Below are positions 19,612 through 36,112 of a stretch of 64,000 nt of DNA, piece after piece. Positions within the stretch are counted from its first letter, which is position 1, and every line of letters begins with the position of its first letter. Made by a program: the position numbers and the translations under genes. Location of the stretch: the NCBI GenBank assembly GCA_009103225.1, contig RHPI01002888.1, positions 1-64,000 of the forward strand, given 5' to 3'. The notes under the pieces were generated by a model, which was not told the origin of the DNA, ran no database searches, and saw only the letters and a program-made list of their open reading frames with translations. Source of the stretch: Chlorokybus atmophyticus (Eukaryota > Plantae > Mesostigma and Chlorokybus algae).

Positions 19612-21053
19612 ATGCGTGGCCACGTGGCTCACTCCCCTCACCTGCACCTCCGCCACCTCCTCCACCACCTCCTCCACCACCACCTCCTTCACCATCACCT
19701 TCTCCTCCTCCTCCTTCTTGTAGTCAACCTACACGCCACATTGGCAGCACCTGCCCCAGCACCTGCCCCAGTAAGTTAGTTGTGCAGCAATTACAACACT
19801 GGTACATGAGTTGTCACATCCACACAAACACAATGTAGCTTAGCACACACTAGCACGTCTTGAGAAGAGGTTGTACGTGAGTGGCACAGTCACACAGCAT
19901 AGTGCAAGCAGCGAATGTTGTCATGTTGCCCTGTGTGTGTCACTTCTTCACTCAGCATTCAAGCAGTGATAGTGTGTTTATCGCTGTGTGTGTTTATTTG
20001 TGGAGCAGGTGACGATTATAGTTGGACAGTTCCCTCCTGGAGTGACTTGGACCAGCGGTGTGCTCAACAACTCACTAGCCACATCACCAAGCACAACAGC
20101 CACAAGCACCACAAGCACCACCACCACCACCACAACAACAAGCAGCCCAATGCAACAAGCCACCACACAGCTGCTCACCCTGACCCTCAGCTGCCGCACC
20201 AGGTACACGCGCACAGGCACATGCTGTGTTGAATTACTGCACATCACACCGCATACGCAACAACACACGTATCATTATTATCTTCTCCCCTTCTGATGTC
20301 TGTCTCCTCAGTTGGACTTACACCAACGCTGCCTCAAACATCCGCATCACGGCTTCAGTGAAGCAGCTGCTGCCGGGCATTCTGGGCATTCTGGCGCCCG
20401 AGGTCGAGTTCACGTACACTGTCACCGCCAAGAGCATCAAGTACTTCGCCATACAGGTGAGAGGGAGAGAGAGGTGTGTTGCTGTTGTTGCTGTTGGTGG
20501 TGGTGGTCACTTGTTGTTGTGAGTTTTATTAATGTGGCTGCTGCTACTGTTGTTGTCGTTGTTGGCACAACCACACAAACACAACACCACTTACACGCAC
20601 TACAGTTGTCACAGCAACAAGTTACTCACGGCACTAGAGTGAGACACCAAACAGCAGCAACAAAGACAACTGCAACAGTGGTTTGACACAACTTCGCTTG
20701 CGTGCGCAGATACCCAACAACGCGTGCTTGGTGATGGTGACCGGGTACAGCGGTCCCATGGGGCAGACGGGGATGTACGGCGGGAGGAAATACTTCTGGT
20801 GGCTGAGTGGGTGGTACAGCACAACATACCAGACCAACGACTATGTGGTAAGAAGACGTGTGCCTCATCTAATTCATGTCACAGTTGCTGTTGGGTTGGG
20901 TTTATTGACTCTAACTATTTACTCTCATTTCAGGTTAGGTTTGCGGGTATTCCTGTGGTGGGCACGCAGTATCTAAATGTGGCGTCGTTCCATATAAATA
21001 GTGCTGCGCCAATTGTGGCCAGCGGGCTGTGCGGCTTGACGTGCACGTTGTAA
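19612..21053 (+). CDS. Orphan secreted protein (~251 aa, 5 exons): His/Leu-rich signal peptide, AP repeats, Thr-rich linker, unassigned C-terminal domain
   Basis: Exons 19612-19770, 20009-20202, 20312-20456, 20710-20847 and 20934-21053, GT-AG and in frame. Begins MRGHVAHSPHLHLRHLLHH...LLLLLLLVVNLHATLA-APAPAPAP. Confidence 0.75.
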
Positions 21054-21781
21054 ATATATATCACACTTTTACACACAAAAGGGTTGTGTGGGTGTGTTTT
21101 GAGGGAGGGGGGGCGTTCAATTATGTTGGGTGGATAATTGTTATATATTATTGTACTGAGTTTAGGTGCTAAAAGATAGCCGGACAACCTTGGCCTCCCC
21201 CTTGTATTGTTAGATAAGGGGCAAGTGTGGCCGCTGTTGTAACGCGTCGCATTAGTGTGACTGCTGTGAATTGCAGGAGATAAGACAGCCAGATTATACG
21301 CCTGTTTCTGCTGCATAAATGTTGTGCTTGGTGGTAGCATGCGACTGATGGCATGGTGGGCGCACAACGCTGCATCCGTAATGTACTGTATGTCACACAT
21401 TGCAACACCATTGCTGGCAGGTTGATACCAGGAGTACAGTTTGACTACTGCATGAGGCATACACATTGTGCGGACAAGAGTAGCGTGCATACTCACTTCT
21501 TGCATCGATTGGTTTTGTTGGTGACGCATTGCCTGTGCACAGTGCAGCCGCAGTCGAGAAGACACGACACCGAAAAAGCTGAAGAAACGTGCAGTCTCCT
21601 ATCCTGGGCAAATGCAAGTCTGTCAATTGGCAAAACTGCAGTTGTTATAGCGCTTGTAACCGCATGAAGCCAGCCAGAACTGGCAGCATACCGCTGCATG
21701 ATGGTTGCCGCCGGTGCATGCGTCCATGACATAAGTAGTTTGGCGTTACAACAAACGCTGCGCTAGAATCTCACAATTCGC

Positions 21782-21853
21782 GGGGTCACCCGGGAATTGA
21801 ACCCGGGACCTCTTGCACCCTAAGCAAGAATCATACCACTAGACCAGTGACCC
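21782..21853 (-). tRNA. trnP-AGG: tRNA-Pro (anticodon AGG)
   Basis: GGGTCACTGGTCTAGTGGTATGATTCTTGCTTAGGGTGCAAGAGGTCCCGGGTTCAATTCCCGGGTGACCCC: 7-bp acceptor stem, A box, anticodon loop TTAGGGT, T loop GGTTCAATTCC. Confidence 0.96.
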
Positions 21854-22752
21854 ATGCCATGCATTGACACGCGGGTTGCAGTTATATTACCCACGTGCTT
21901 GTGACCTTTCCAGGTCACGTCATGGTCCTAGCCAAGGACTCCCAGCAGACTTGGGTTCTGCTCATCGGCCGCCAGCCTCCAGTTATGCACTTATTTTTTG
22001 GTTTGCGATTGAAGTTTATAAGGTTATTGAAGCATACCAAACACTATACATCACTTCATTATGTGAGAACATGTATCAAAGGTTGTGCAAAATCAACTAG
22101 AGTGTAACATGTGGATCAATGTTACGATGGCGTACAATTTCATCAATTCGCGATTGTAACATTCATCTTTAGCAATGACAATAACTGATTAACATCAACA
22201 TCAAAAGCACTCTGCATGCGTAATGAAGTACACGTGTGTTATTGCTGTACTTGATATAGTCACATATATTGTTGATATAGTCACATATCGTAATGTAAGG
22301 TTGGTTTAAGATGATGTTAATCACGGCTGGTTATGTATATTGCATGAGAAATTTGCAAAGTACATTGAATGATGTGATGGACTCTATCAAGATGCCCGTG
22401 TTGGTATCACATGTTAATACGGAAAGTATGATGGTCATCTAAGGGGTTACGTTTTGATTTTTCCGGCCATAATGATTAACTATGATAATGACATAATAAC
22501 AATTCATGCTGCTAGAGTGTTGCAACAATTCTAGCAAGTTTGGTCCGTGCATCCACATACCAACACGTTGTGGCATTATTCGACAACACACAGAGCCATA
22601 GAGTCAGCGTAAAAAGGCATACCCTAGTCGCAAGGGTGGACGCAAGCAGCCAACCAACACAATTGCCAACCTCCACTTGATCACGCATGCATAGCTCTTG
22701 AGACAATCTCCAACAGCGGTATATCAACATGCCGAAACCATGGCATCATTAT

Positions 22753-26654
<3,902 letters not shown>

Positions 26655-28815
26655 GGACCTGCCTGTATAGCTGCGGTACTAACCCATGGAAATAACCTAC
26701 TACAAACACGACAAGGGCAAGCACAGCAACATGGATCACAACCACAGCCACGACAGCTACAAGCGCAGCCTCACAGCAAACAATTTGGTTTTTGCATCCA
26801 TTGTGGCAAGCAATCAACAAATTTACACTACAACTTGCAATATTAGCGAAGGCCAATGATGTGCCCAATTGTTTTGTTGTGTTGTGGGTGGAAGCCCCAC
26901 CAAGATATATCAAGGATTCTCCCACAAAACAAGCATAATAAAAATGCCGAAGTAATTTTTCAATGCGGTTGAAGTGATGTGCATTGCAATACAATGTAGT
27001 TCCGTTTGAGTCTTTCCAGCTTGGACTCAACAGCATGCACTTACATGCGTTTACGCATGTAAGTGCATCATGCTGAAGGTGGACAACGAAGCAAGTCTCA
27101 CAACACATGCTAACATCAAAAAGTGTTAACGTAATAAAACGAAATTAAAATATGAAATCGATCAAGATCAGCCTTGCACGCGTACGTCATCTCACTGCAA
27201 GAAGGGCCTTGCAGATTATATAACGTCATCACTGCACTTGCACATCTTGAAATTTTATTTCACCTCCAAAGTGCTCTACGCATGTTGTATACCTTATTAG
27301 CTTTCAGCAATCAGTGTGGTGCAGCTTGATACAATTTGATTGAACAAAATACAGCTGTTGAATAAACACGTTGTTCTCTCCATCAACTTAAGCAGTTTAA
27401 TCGTTGATATATGATGGGGGTTGATTTAGTTAATCAATGCAACATAATCGGTGCCTTGCAATGGGTGCAGGCGCTGGCGATCTTAGAGCTGAGAGCGGCG
27501 GCAGCGGTGCCAGGCTGGGGTCATGTGGCCCAAGGCCCTCTAACGACTGAAGCGGACACGGCGCTTGCGTAGCTTGTTGGTGACGTGTGGTTGTGTGTGA
27601 TATGTGCGGTTGGATATTCGACACATACATGTCCATGACAATAAAGGTTGTATGCCTTATAAACATCTTATGGTGTTGCAACACCACAACATGTTGATAT
27701 CAAGTAAAATGGGGTATTGCACATGTGGAAGACCCCCGGGGATCGGATCTACTTATGCGTGAGGGTTTTTTTTCTAAACACATATATAGCAAGGCTGTAG
27801 ATGAGCCATGTTCTCATGCAAAATTGTGGTGCTAGCTGTGCTAACAGGCAGGCATTGGTAAGACCCGAAAAACAACATAAAGCGCTGGCAGGGGGCATTC
27901 CGTGGCGGGGGGCGAAGCTTATGTCGTCTTCGTCGTCGTCATGTATGCTGGCGGCGCCACAAACACAAGGGCTAACCTCTACTTCTGCCTCTCCTGTGCC
28001 CGCTGCAGGTTTTTGCCATTGTTGAGTCCCTAATGCTTCTGCTCCCACTGCTGCTTGAGGGTGTAGCTAGCAGTTTGCGTTGAGTTGAGTCAGTAGCTTG
28101 ATCTTAGCATAACAGCTCTGCCTTGGCCCCTATCTTATTGTGTGCTGTGCTTGCTGTTCTGCTCTATGTTTTTGTGACTTGCATTGTGCACACTATCTTT
28201 GAGTGTACATGATATGCTGGCAGTAGTTGGAGACATGCATGACCTCACTCACAGCATGCCAAACAGCAACATGCAAGCACATTACAACACAACCACCGGG
28301 CTATACACACTGTTTGTTCCTCACTACACGACATTAGTCTACACCTCTTGTGCCTAGCGCAGCTCTTATGTGAACTATGCATATGGTAGTGACTGATGCT
28401 ACCATAGCCTACCAATACTGGTTACGCGCCATGCATACATCAATGTGTTTGTATACAACAGAATTGCATGGCTGCTTGTTGATTGATTTGTACAATGCAA
28501 GAGGACCTCCTTCACCAAGCGTACCAACATCATACAAGGCTAATGTTGCAGGTGACCATGCCAGTTAGCCATGTGCAGACCCACGTGTGGTTGCAACTGC
28601 GGACATGGCAGCCATTGCAACACAAACCCAACATGCAACAATAAATTAAACGAGCAAGCATGACTCCTTGATGTAATTCATCCCAACCATTGCAATGCTG
28701 AAAGAGCATGTCATGGAACGGTGCTACTTGAAGAGAAGCAAATACTTTCTATGTAATCCTTGACAAATTTTAATATGTACAGATGGCACTCTTACTCAAT
28801 GAATAGCCAACAACA

Positions 28816-30677
28816 TCACAACCATTCCCGCTCCATTTTGTACGGGACGCCTGCAGGGTTGCCGTACACAATGTTGCCGTCCTCGTCGTAGCCGCGGTCA
28901 TTGAGCCACAGCTCTGACGGCGTCACCACAAGCTGGTCCTCTATCCTGATCGGTCGCCCCGTCCGGCGAGATATCACCGTGAAACCCTCTGCATCGCTCT
29001 CACCCAGAAAGGTGTCCTGAATATGTGTGAGCATATGTCACTGTGCTGCAGGGCAAAATGATATGCCACACATAATCACAGGTGTGCACGTGCGCGCATG
29101 CGCACGCAGGCGCGCATACAGACACGCATGCGCGCGTGCTCGCTCACACGCGCGTACTCACGCACATATACACAAACATGCACACGCACTCACATGCACA
29201 CTCAGTCATACAACATGCACGCACGCACGCGTCCACACATGCAAGCTCTCACCTCCTCTTGTGCATCCACTTCCCAGCCCCAATCCCATTCAAACTCAAT
29301 GCTTTTCCTGCGCGCTCGAGTCCAGTACAGCTGGCAGTTGGTGTATTCCAGCTCGTGCGAGCCCCAGTCTTGATAACTGCCAACCCAATTCATTACACAA
29401 CATGAAAAGTAATCACAGTACTGAGCATAACCTGCTTCCCAACAGCCACAAGCATGGTATTGTATCTAGCAATTGCAACAACATGTATATGACATATCAG
29501 CACTTGGGACTATGTTGCAATGGTGTTAAAGCAAGTATAACAACACTGAGTATCAACTCAACTCGTTTTGTACCTGCGTGCATCAAAAGTTGGCGTCGAG
29601 AACACGCCATCATTCTTCACATAAAACACCCTAAGTCGGATACGCTCCGCCTGATCACCCTCACCACCCTCATCACCATCACCCTCATGAACACTTTCCT
29701 TCGTGTGCACATCAACAGCATAAAGCCGCGCGCGGAAAGTCTTGGCTTTGTCGCAGTCGTAGTAGAAGTGGGAAAACGCCACGTGCGTGTCGTGCCAGGA
29801 GTCAAAGTGGCGCGGCGGGAAGTGTGATGTTGGCAACGGCACCAAATCACACGCCACGAACTCGTGCGGGAACGGGAAACCGACCGACTTCTCTGCTTCA
29901 ACCTGCATGCACACATGCAGCCCGAGTCATCGCATGTGTACACAGCAGTTGGGATGACAATGTTGACCCGAACGCTGACACTATGCACAGTTATCTCCAG
30001 TGTAATCACTGTTTGGTGAGCGTGTGTGCTGACACTACATACAGTTATTGATTGTCTGTGGGCAGTCAGCACCATACCATGTACAGGCATCCAGTCACAA
30101 GCTGTGAAACTTATATATCTGCTCTCAAAACGTGTATGCAGTCATTGAATGTACTCACTTTTGGAGAGCAGACGCTACGCGCATGTAATGTCTCTGTTTC
30201 AAATCCGCAAGATCGTGAACAAGCATTTGCAAAGGCAGTCCAGTCTCTTGCTTGCTTCACACATACAAACTCAGTGCAGCCAACTCATCTTTACCTTCAG
30301 TATTGCAATTTGCGACAATAAGCTGTGCCCGTGTATGTGCTGAACCAACGGACTAACTAACAAATTATGCGCAGGGGACGCAACAACAAATCCCCTCTAA
30401 CCTGGCGTTTGTTTGTGTAGGAGCCTCTGGCGTACGACACAAACGCCTTGAGATCTTCCTGGACGGAGCTCTGCTTGGCCTGCCTGGTCTGCCTGGCCTG
30501 CTCGGCCTGGTTCGGCACCGCCGCCGCAGTCGCCGCCTGGCGGCGGGCCGGCACAGCAGCGGGCCTGACCCGGCGCGACGAACTCACGGATGCCCCCTCA
30601 GGCCGGGCGGCGGCGGAGGTGGGAGTGGATCTCCTCGCCGCCGCCGCCGCCGCCGCGGTTCCCGCCAACGCGGCCAT
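28816..30677 (-). CDS. CpcT/CpeT (T-type bilin lyase; CRUMPLED LEAF-like) family protein with plastid transit peptide, ~309 aa
   Basis: Exons 30677-30402, 29902-29574, 29376-29253 and 29016-28816. Ala/Ser/Arg-rich N-terminus; FPHEF, YYDCDKAKTFRARLY and LWLNDRGYDEDGNIVYGNPAGVPYK motifs. Confidence 0.75.
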
Positions 30678-30778
30678 GCACACGGGTTGTTACGCTTGCA
30701 TGCGCAGGTGTGTACTGATGTGTACGTAGCTGTACTTGACTGGGAGTTGTGGGTGCAAGGCGCACAATGCAAGATTGC

Positions 30779-31040
<262 letters not shown>

Positions 31041-32396
31041 GATGTGCCCACATGCTTACGAGTGCACGCATATGCTCGCAAGCAACTAGACAGTGCGTGG
31101 CAGTCTTGTGAATGTAGAGACCATGTAGCACATTGTTGTACGCTGTATGTGTGGGGTCAGTTGTACATGGGGTGCTCCGGCATACATGTGTGCATGTGTG
31201 TGTAGCATTGTTGCTGTTGTGCGCTTGCCACAACATGACGTATGCTAATATGCTAATACGCATGCATTGGGTGCGCACTGGCTGTGTTTGCTATGCTATA
31301 CCCTATGTACAAAACACGAAACCGCACTCACCTCATGCACCCTTTGCACACGCGAATTAGATGCACATGCGCTTTGGGTGGCATAGGGTTAGCCACATCG
31401 TGTGCTCACAAGCAGCCACCCTCACCTTCCGTACTCACATAGCAGTTACGTTCATCGCAAGCGTGTGTTGTGGCCATACCCACCCCAACATCGATCCTAT
31501 ATCAAGTAGTGCAGTCCTGCGTATTCCCATGAAGAGCCAGTGTGGCGGTGCACCGCCATAATATATGGTATGAAAGATATGCAAATTGGCTAGCTTGTCA
31601 GCTACGCACAACGCTACTCGCATGCAGCAATAGGCACAAGCACAGCACACCAGCAATAAGAGCTGACCATGGGGAATTGCTTACACACTCTACCTAACAC
31701 TCGCTAGGCTATATGCAATGCAAGTGCGTGAAGTAGAGGATGGGGTGGAAGTGTACAGTGCAGTCAACAGCAGCAGGGGGACAACCTGTACTACATGTCG
31801 ATGACGAGTATGCTCATGTGTGCCTTGTCAAGCGCAAATATGGCACTGTGCGCTTGACCGTGTGTGTACTACTGCGTGACGCTTCATGGACTATATGCTA
31901 CACCAGTGCTACACTGTACGCAATGCTTGAGTGAGGGTATGTTACACTGCTCTCGATACGAGATCTCGTTTAGAGTTTGCAATAAGACAAGTTGAAGCCT
32001 GACATTATGATAATAGGCTACAAGAGTATGCACAACTCGCTGCACAAGCCGCTTGCACACTGCCAGAAGAGAAGAGTAGAGTAGTAGTGAAGTAGTTGTG
32101 TAGGCCAATGGTTGATATGATGATCAACATGATGATAGTGATGGTGGGCGTGTGATGCTATGTGTGGCTGATTGCATGTTCTATGCATGTGCACTGGTTT
32201 TCCGCACTTTATGTACAGCTAGGTATGGCTGTAATGTGTTACTAGCGTAAAACAGTCACCTGCGGAGGGTACACAAGGTCCCTGTGGTGGTGACCGCAAT
32301 CCACTTTGCACAGCGCTCATGCAGAGGAGACATGCCAGCAGCGGTTGTCAGCTAATCCATAATGTGTGTCTCTGAAAAAAAACAACCAACCCTGCT

Positions 32397-33408
32397 CTAC
32401 CGAATGGCTGTCCCGCCCGGCTGCACACCAAGCGCCTGCAGACACAGACAAGGTTTGTGTGACAATGTGTGCATGCGTGTGTGTGTGCGCACATGGGGTT
32501 TGGCGTTGTACAGATGCTGGCGCGGTGTGCAATGTCTATGCGGCACCGCCACATGTGTGCATGTGCCCGTGCCTGCACGTAGGCATGCAAGGGTGCAAGT
32601 TTCCACGTGCACATGTCTGTATATGGGCGCATAGTTGTGTGCATGCGTGTGCGTGACATGGATGTCTAGTGACAACTACTTGAGTACCACTACATACAAT
32701 ACCTGCATCTGTTGGCTCTCGAGGTCAACCAGTTGTTGCTCGCGGTCCATCTCAATAATCAACGGGACGACAACCACCAACACTACCGTGCCGAGGATCC
32801 ATGCGGCCTTTCCAGTGTGCAGCAGCACCTATTCATGCAGAGCCAAGCCAGTGGCGTTGCGACTTGAGTAGCGAAGAGACATGAGCAGAAACTGTGTGCA
32901 AACATGTATGCATCACTGCTATAATTGAGCACCACCATCATTGGCGACCGGGGATGGCAACACAGAAACATACATGTGCGCTATGCATCCCATCACATCA
33001 GCGTAAGCAACATGCACACCCGGCCACAGAACGACCATAAGGCTTTAGCAATCTACCAATTAATAGTTACAAGTAGCTGCAGCACACTGGCATGCATCTG
33101 ACTGCTACTGCCCCCCCTCCCCCCTCCCCCTCTTACTGCAGGAGTCCAGTTGCTAGCCAAGCATGCATGTTGTATGCAACACTCGCCAGCCTTACGCTAC
33201 CAAAACAGGTTCCTAAAAGCGACATGCATACGCGCATGCACACAAGTGTACTGACTGGTCCCACCTTTTTGGTGACCCTGCCAAGGTTGCCTCCAATACG
33301 CACAGTCCGCCTGACTGGCCAGCTCTCCTTGGCCTGCTCGTAAAGGTCTGCCGCCTTGCTGTTTTGACCGCCGCTGCTGCTGCTGCTGGTACCCGCACGT
33401 CCAGACAT
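32397..33408 (-). CDS. TOM9: Mitochondrial import receptor TOM9 (plant TOM22), 102 aa, 3 exons
   Basis: Exons 33408-33265, 32828-32703 and 32435-32397. TGKAAWILGTVVLVVVVPLIIEMDREQQL signature. Confidence 0.92.
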
Positions 33409-33672
33409 GTCTGTCCTACACGCATCCCACGCCAACGCCGCCCCACACCCACACCCACACCCACACCGCCGACCACGACGAACACACCCCAAACCCTAAT
33501 TTGTTGAAACCCTAAAATTCCAGGTTAGAAAATGTTGGTCAGGTTAACGCATAACTGAATGCGACGTCACCGCGGTTACAGTAACTGCAGTTACGATGAC
33601 TGCAGTGGCTTGACTGGCTATTAGCAGTCAGTTAGTTAGTAGCGGCGAAGGAGGAGCTGGAGGAACAGGGCG
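33409..33672. promoter_or_regulatory. Short bidirectional promoter region with teloboxes
   Basis: 264 bp between divergent ATGs; AAACCCTAA at ~33490 and ~33507. Confidence 0.6.
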
Positions 33673-35633
33673 ATGGCGGCGGCGTCCGCCTCCGTTTGGG
33701 GGAGGCTATCTCCGGTAGCTAAGGCGTCCTTGACGTCCGGGGCAGTTATGGGCGCTGGAGATCTTCTCTGCCAGGTGGGTGTTGACATTTGGCCATTCAC
33801 TGAGTAGGCCTGACGTGCATTATGAGCAGAGCTTCAAACAACCTGCCCTTGGCAATATTAATCATTGTAGTGACGCGTAATAGTAGATACGATGTTGACT
33901 GCGCCAATGTGAAGTATCAGCGTCACTCCAAAAATGTTGCTGTGGCCTCGTTTTGGGCAACCAGCATTGTTGCAGCACTGCTGCTTGTTCTGTGTTTGAT
34001 GCTGAGCTGCTAAGCTCGCCGACTCGACTTACTGGACGTTCATTTGTTCATTCACGCAACCAATCACTCAGCAACTCACTCGCTTAGTCCCACACGCGCT
34101 CACTTGCTTACATGCACGCACGCACTTACACACCCGCACTCTCGGACTAACTCAACCACTCATACAGTAGTAACCAAGTCCCCCCCCCCCCCCNNNNNNN
34201 NNNNNNNNNNNNNNNNNNNNNNNNNNNNNNNNNNNNNNNNNNNNNNNNNNNNNNNNNNNNNNNNNNNNNNNNNNNNNNNNNNNNNNNNNNNNNNNNNNNN
34301 NNNNNNNNNNNNNNNNNNNNNNNNNNNNNNNNNNNNNCCCCCCCCCCCCCCGGCACACCAGCAAGCACTCTCTTTTACTTCAGTCACTCCCCCACTCCTG
34401 GAGCTCAGGCACTCACTCGCTGATTCATCCCCCTTTCAATCAGTCACCCTCGCACCACAGAGCGAAAGCTCTGAAATACAACACACTGCTGTCCAGCTTG
34501 TGCGATGGCGTGTAATATGTGACCTTTGCTCACCTACTGGTTTTCCCTCACCCGCTCACATCGTGTCATGCAGGCAATACAGCAGAGCGCCAATGCCGCA
34601 GGCGTCTCACAGCCTTTACGCTTTGACGCGAAAAGGTATGTCCAGGCATGTGTACTCACACGCGAGCGGATGCACACGTGCATGTCTATGCATTTGCGCA
34701 CCCATATATATGTGCCAGTGGGAGTGGTGGTTGGCATCATCTTGCATCATGATTGTTGTCAATATACTCACGGTTCAACAGGGCCATTCGCTTCTCCATA
34801 GTTGGCGCAACACTTCATGGCCCTTACTTCAACTATGGCTACAGGCAAGCAGCCATCCTGCATTGTAGCATATGCTTAGCACGCTGCTTCTGCGAATATC
34901 TGGAAGATGATTTGTGCGTAGTGCCATTGCAGGCTCATTGACACAGTATTCGGCCCTGCGAGGGGGGCTGCAACAGCCCTGGCAAAGACTGCAGCAGGCC
35001 AGGTAACTATGAGTTGTCAGTGTTGTGTTCACCAATATGACAGGTCTGTATAAAGCTTTCAGTTGTTATCGTTTGGGTGTATTGCTGCCAACTCTGCCTT
35101 TGATTCGTCATGTGCATACGTGTGCTGCTCACACGCATGTGCATGCGCACTCGCATGCGCATGTGCGTGCGAGTGCAAGTGCACATGCAAGCAGGCACAC
35201 ACGTCACAAACACACTGCCACCCGCATAAGCAAACGCATGTGTACACTTATTGTACACAAAGTTATACATATACGCATGCAGGTGACCATATTCCCGGTG
35301 TATCTGTGCTTGTTTTTCCCCTACATGTCGCTGCTGGAGGGGAAGACTGCTTCACAGGGTTTTGAGAAGTTGCGGCAAGGCTTCAGGCCCACATTCATCA
35401 ATGGGTACAGCTTGCATCTGTGTCAAGAGACATACCATGTCGTCAAGACATCAATGGCATTGGATGTGTGCAGGTGTGCGTTCTGGCCAGCGGTGAACAT
35501 GTTCAACTTCATGGTCTTGCCACCAACCGGGCGAGTGGCGTGCGCGGCCCTCGCAGGCCTTGTGTGGAACTCCTACCTCAGCTTCACCAATGCCCGACTC
35601 AATAGGTTAAAAAGTGTTGCTGCGGCTCCATGA
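33673..35633 (+). CDS. Mpv17/PMP22 family membrane protein (6 exons)
   Basis: KASLTSGAVMGAGDLLCQ, RFSIVGATLHGPYFNYGYRLID, FWPAVNMFNFMVLPP...LVWNSYLS. One intron (34845-34932) needs a GC donor. Confidence 0.9.
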
Positions 35634-35779
35634 CTTTTGCTTATTGGCACGCATTGCTTCACATAACGTGGTTCAGAGTTGCGCAAAGCACACTCAGAGA
35701 GGGATTGTGCAAACACGTGGCGTGCAACAAGCACAAGCACAAGCAAGCAAGTAATACATTTGGCGGGGGCAAGGCAGAG

Positions 35780-36112
35780 CCGACACTAGACTAGACAAGA
35801 CACTAGACCCTCGACCCTCAAGCAGGAGCACTCAGGGGTGTGGGCCCAAGGCCAGGCCAGTAGCAAGCAGTGTTAAGCTAGGGAAATCATGAAGTATATA
35901 AGATGTTGTTTTTTATATGTTGTTGGTGAATGTCTCTATGTGATTAGAACCGACACTAGACTAGACAAGACACTCGACCCTCGACCCTTAGGCAGGAGCA
36001 CTCAGGGGTGTGGGCCCAAGGCCAGGCTAGTAGCAAGCAGTGTTAAGCTAGGGAAATCATGAAACATATAAGCTGTTGTTTTCTATATGTGGTTGGTGAA
36101 TATCTCTATGTG
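35780..36112. repeat. 170-bp tandem duplication (2 copies)
   Basis: CCGACACTAGACTAGACAAGACAC starts at 35780 and at 35950; the copies are near-identical. Confidence 0.9.

Noticed and set aside
19566-19838. Extensin-like poly-Pro ORF
   Set aside because: No ATG, an upstream stop, and its phase does not fit exon 2. The His/Leu signal-peptide frame splices correctly.
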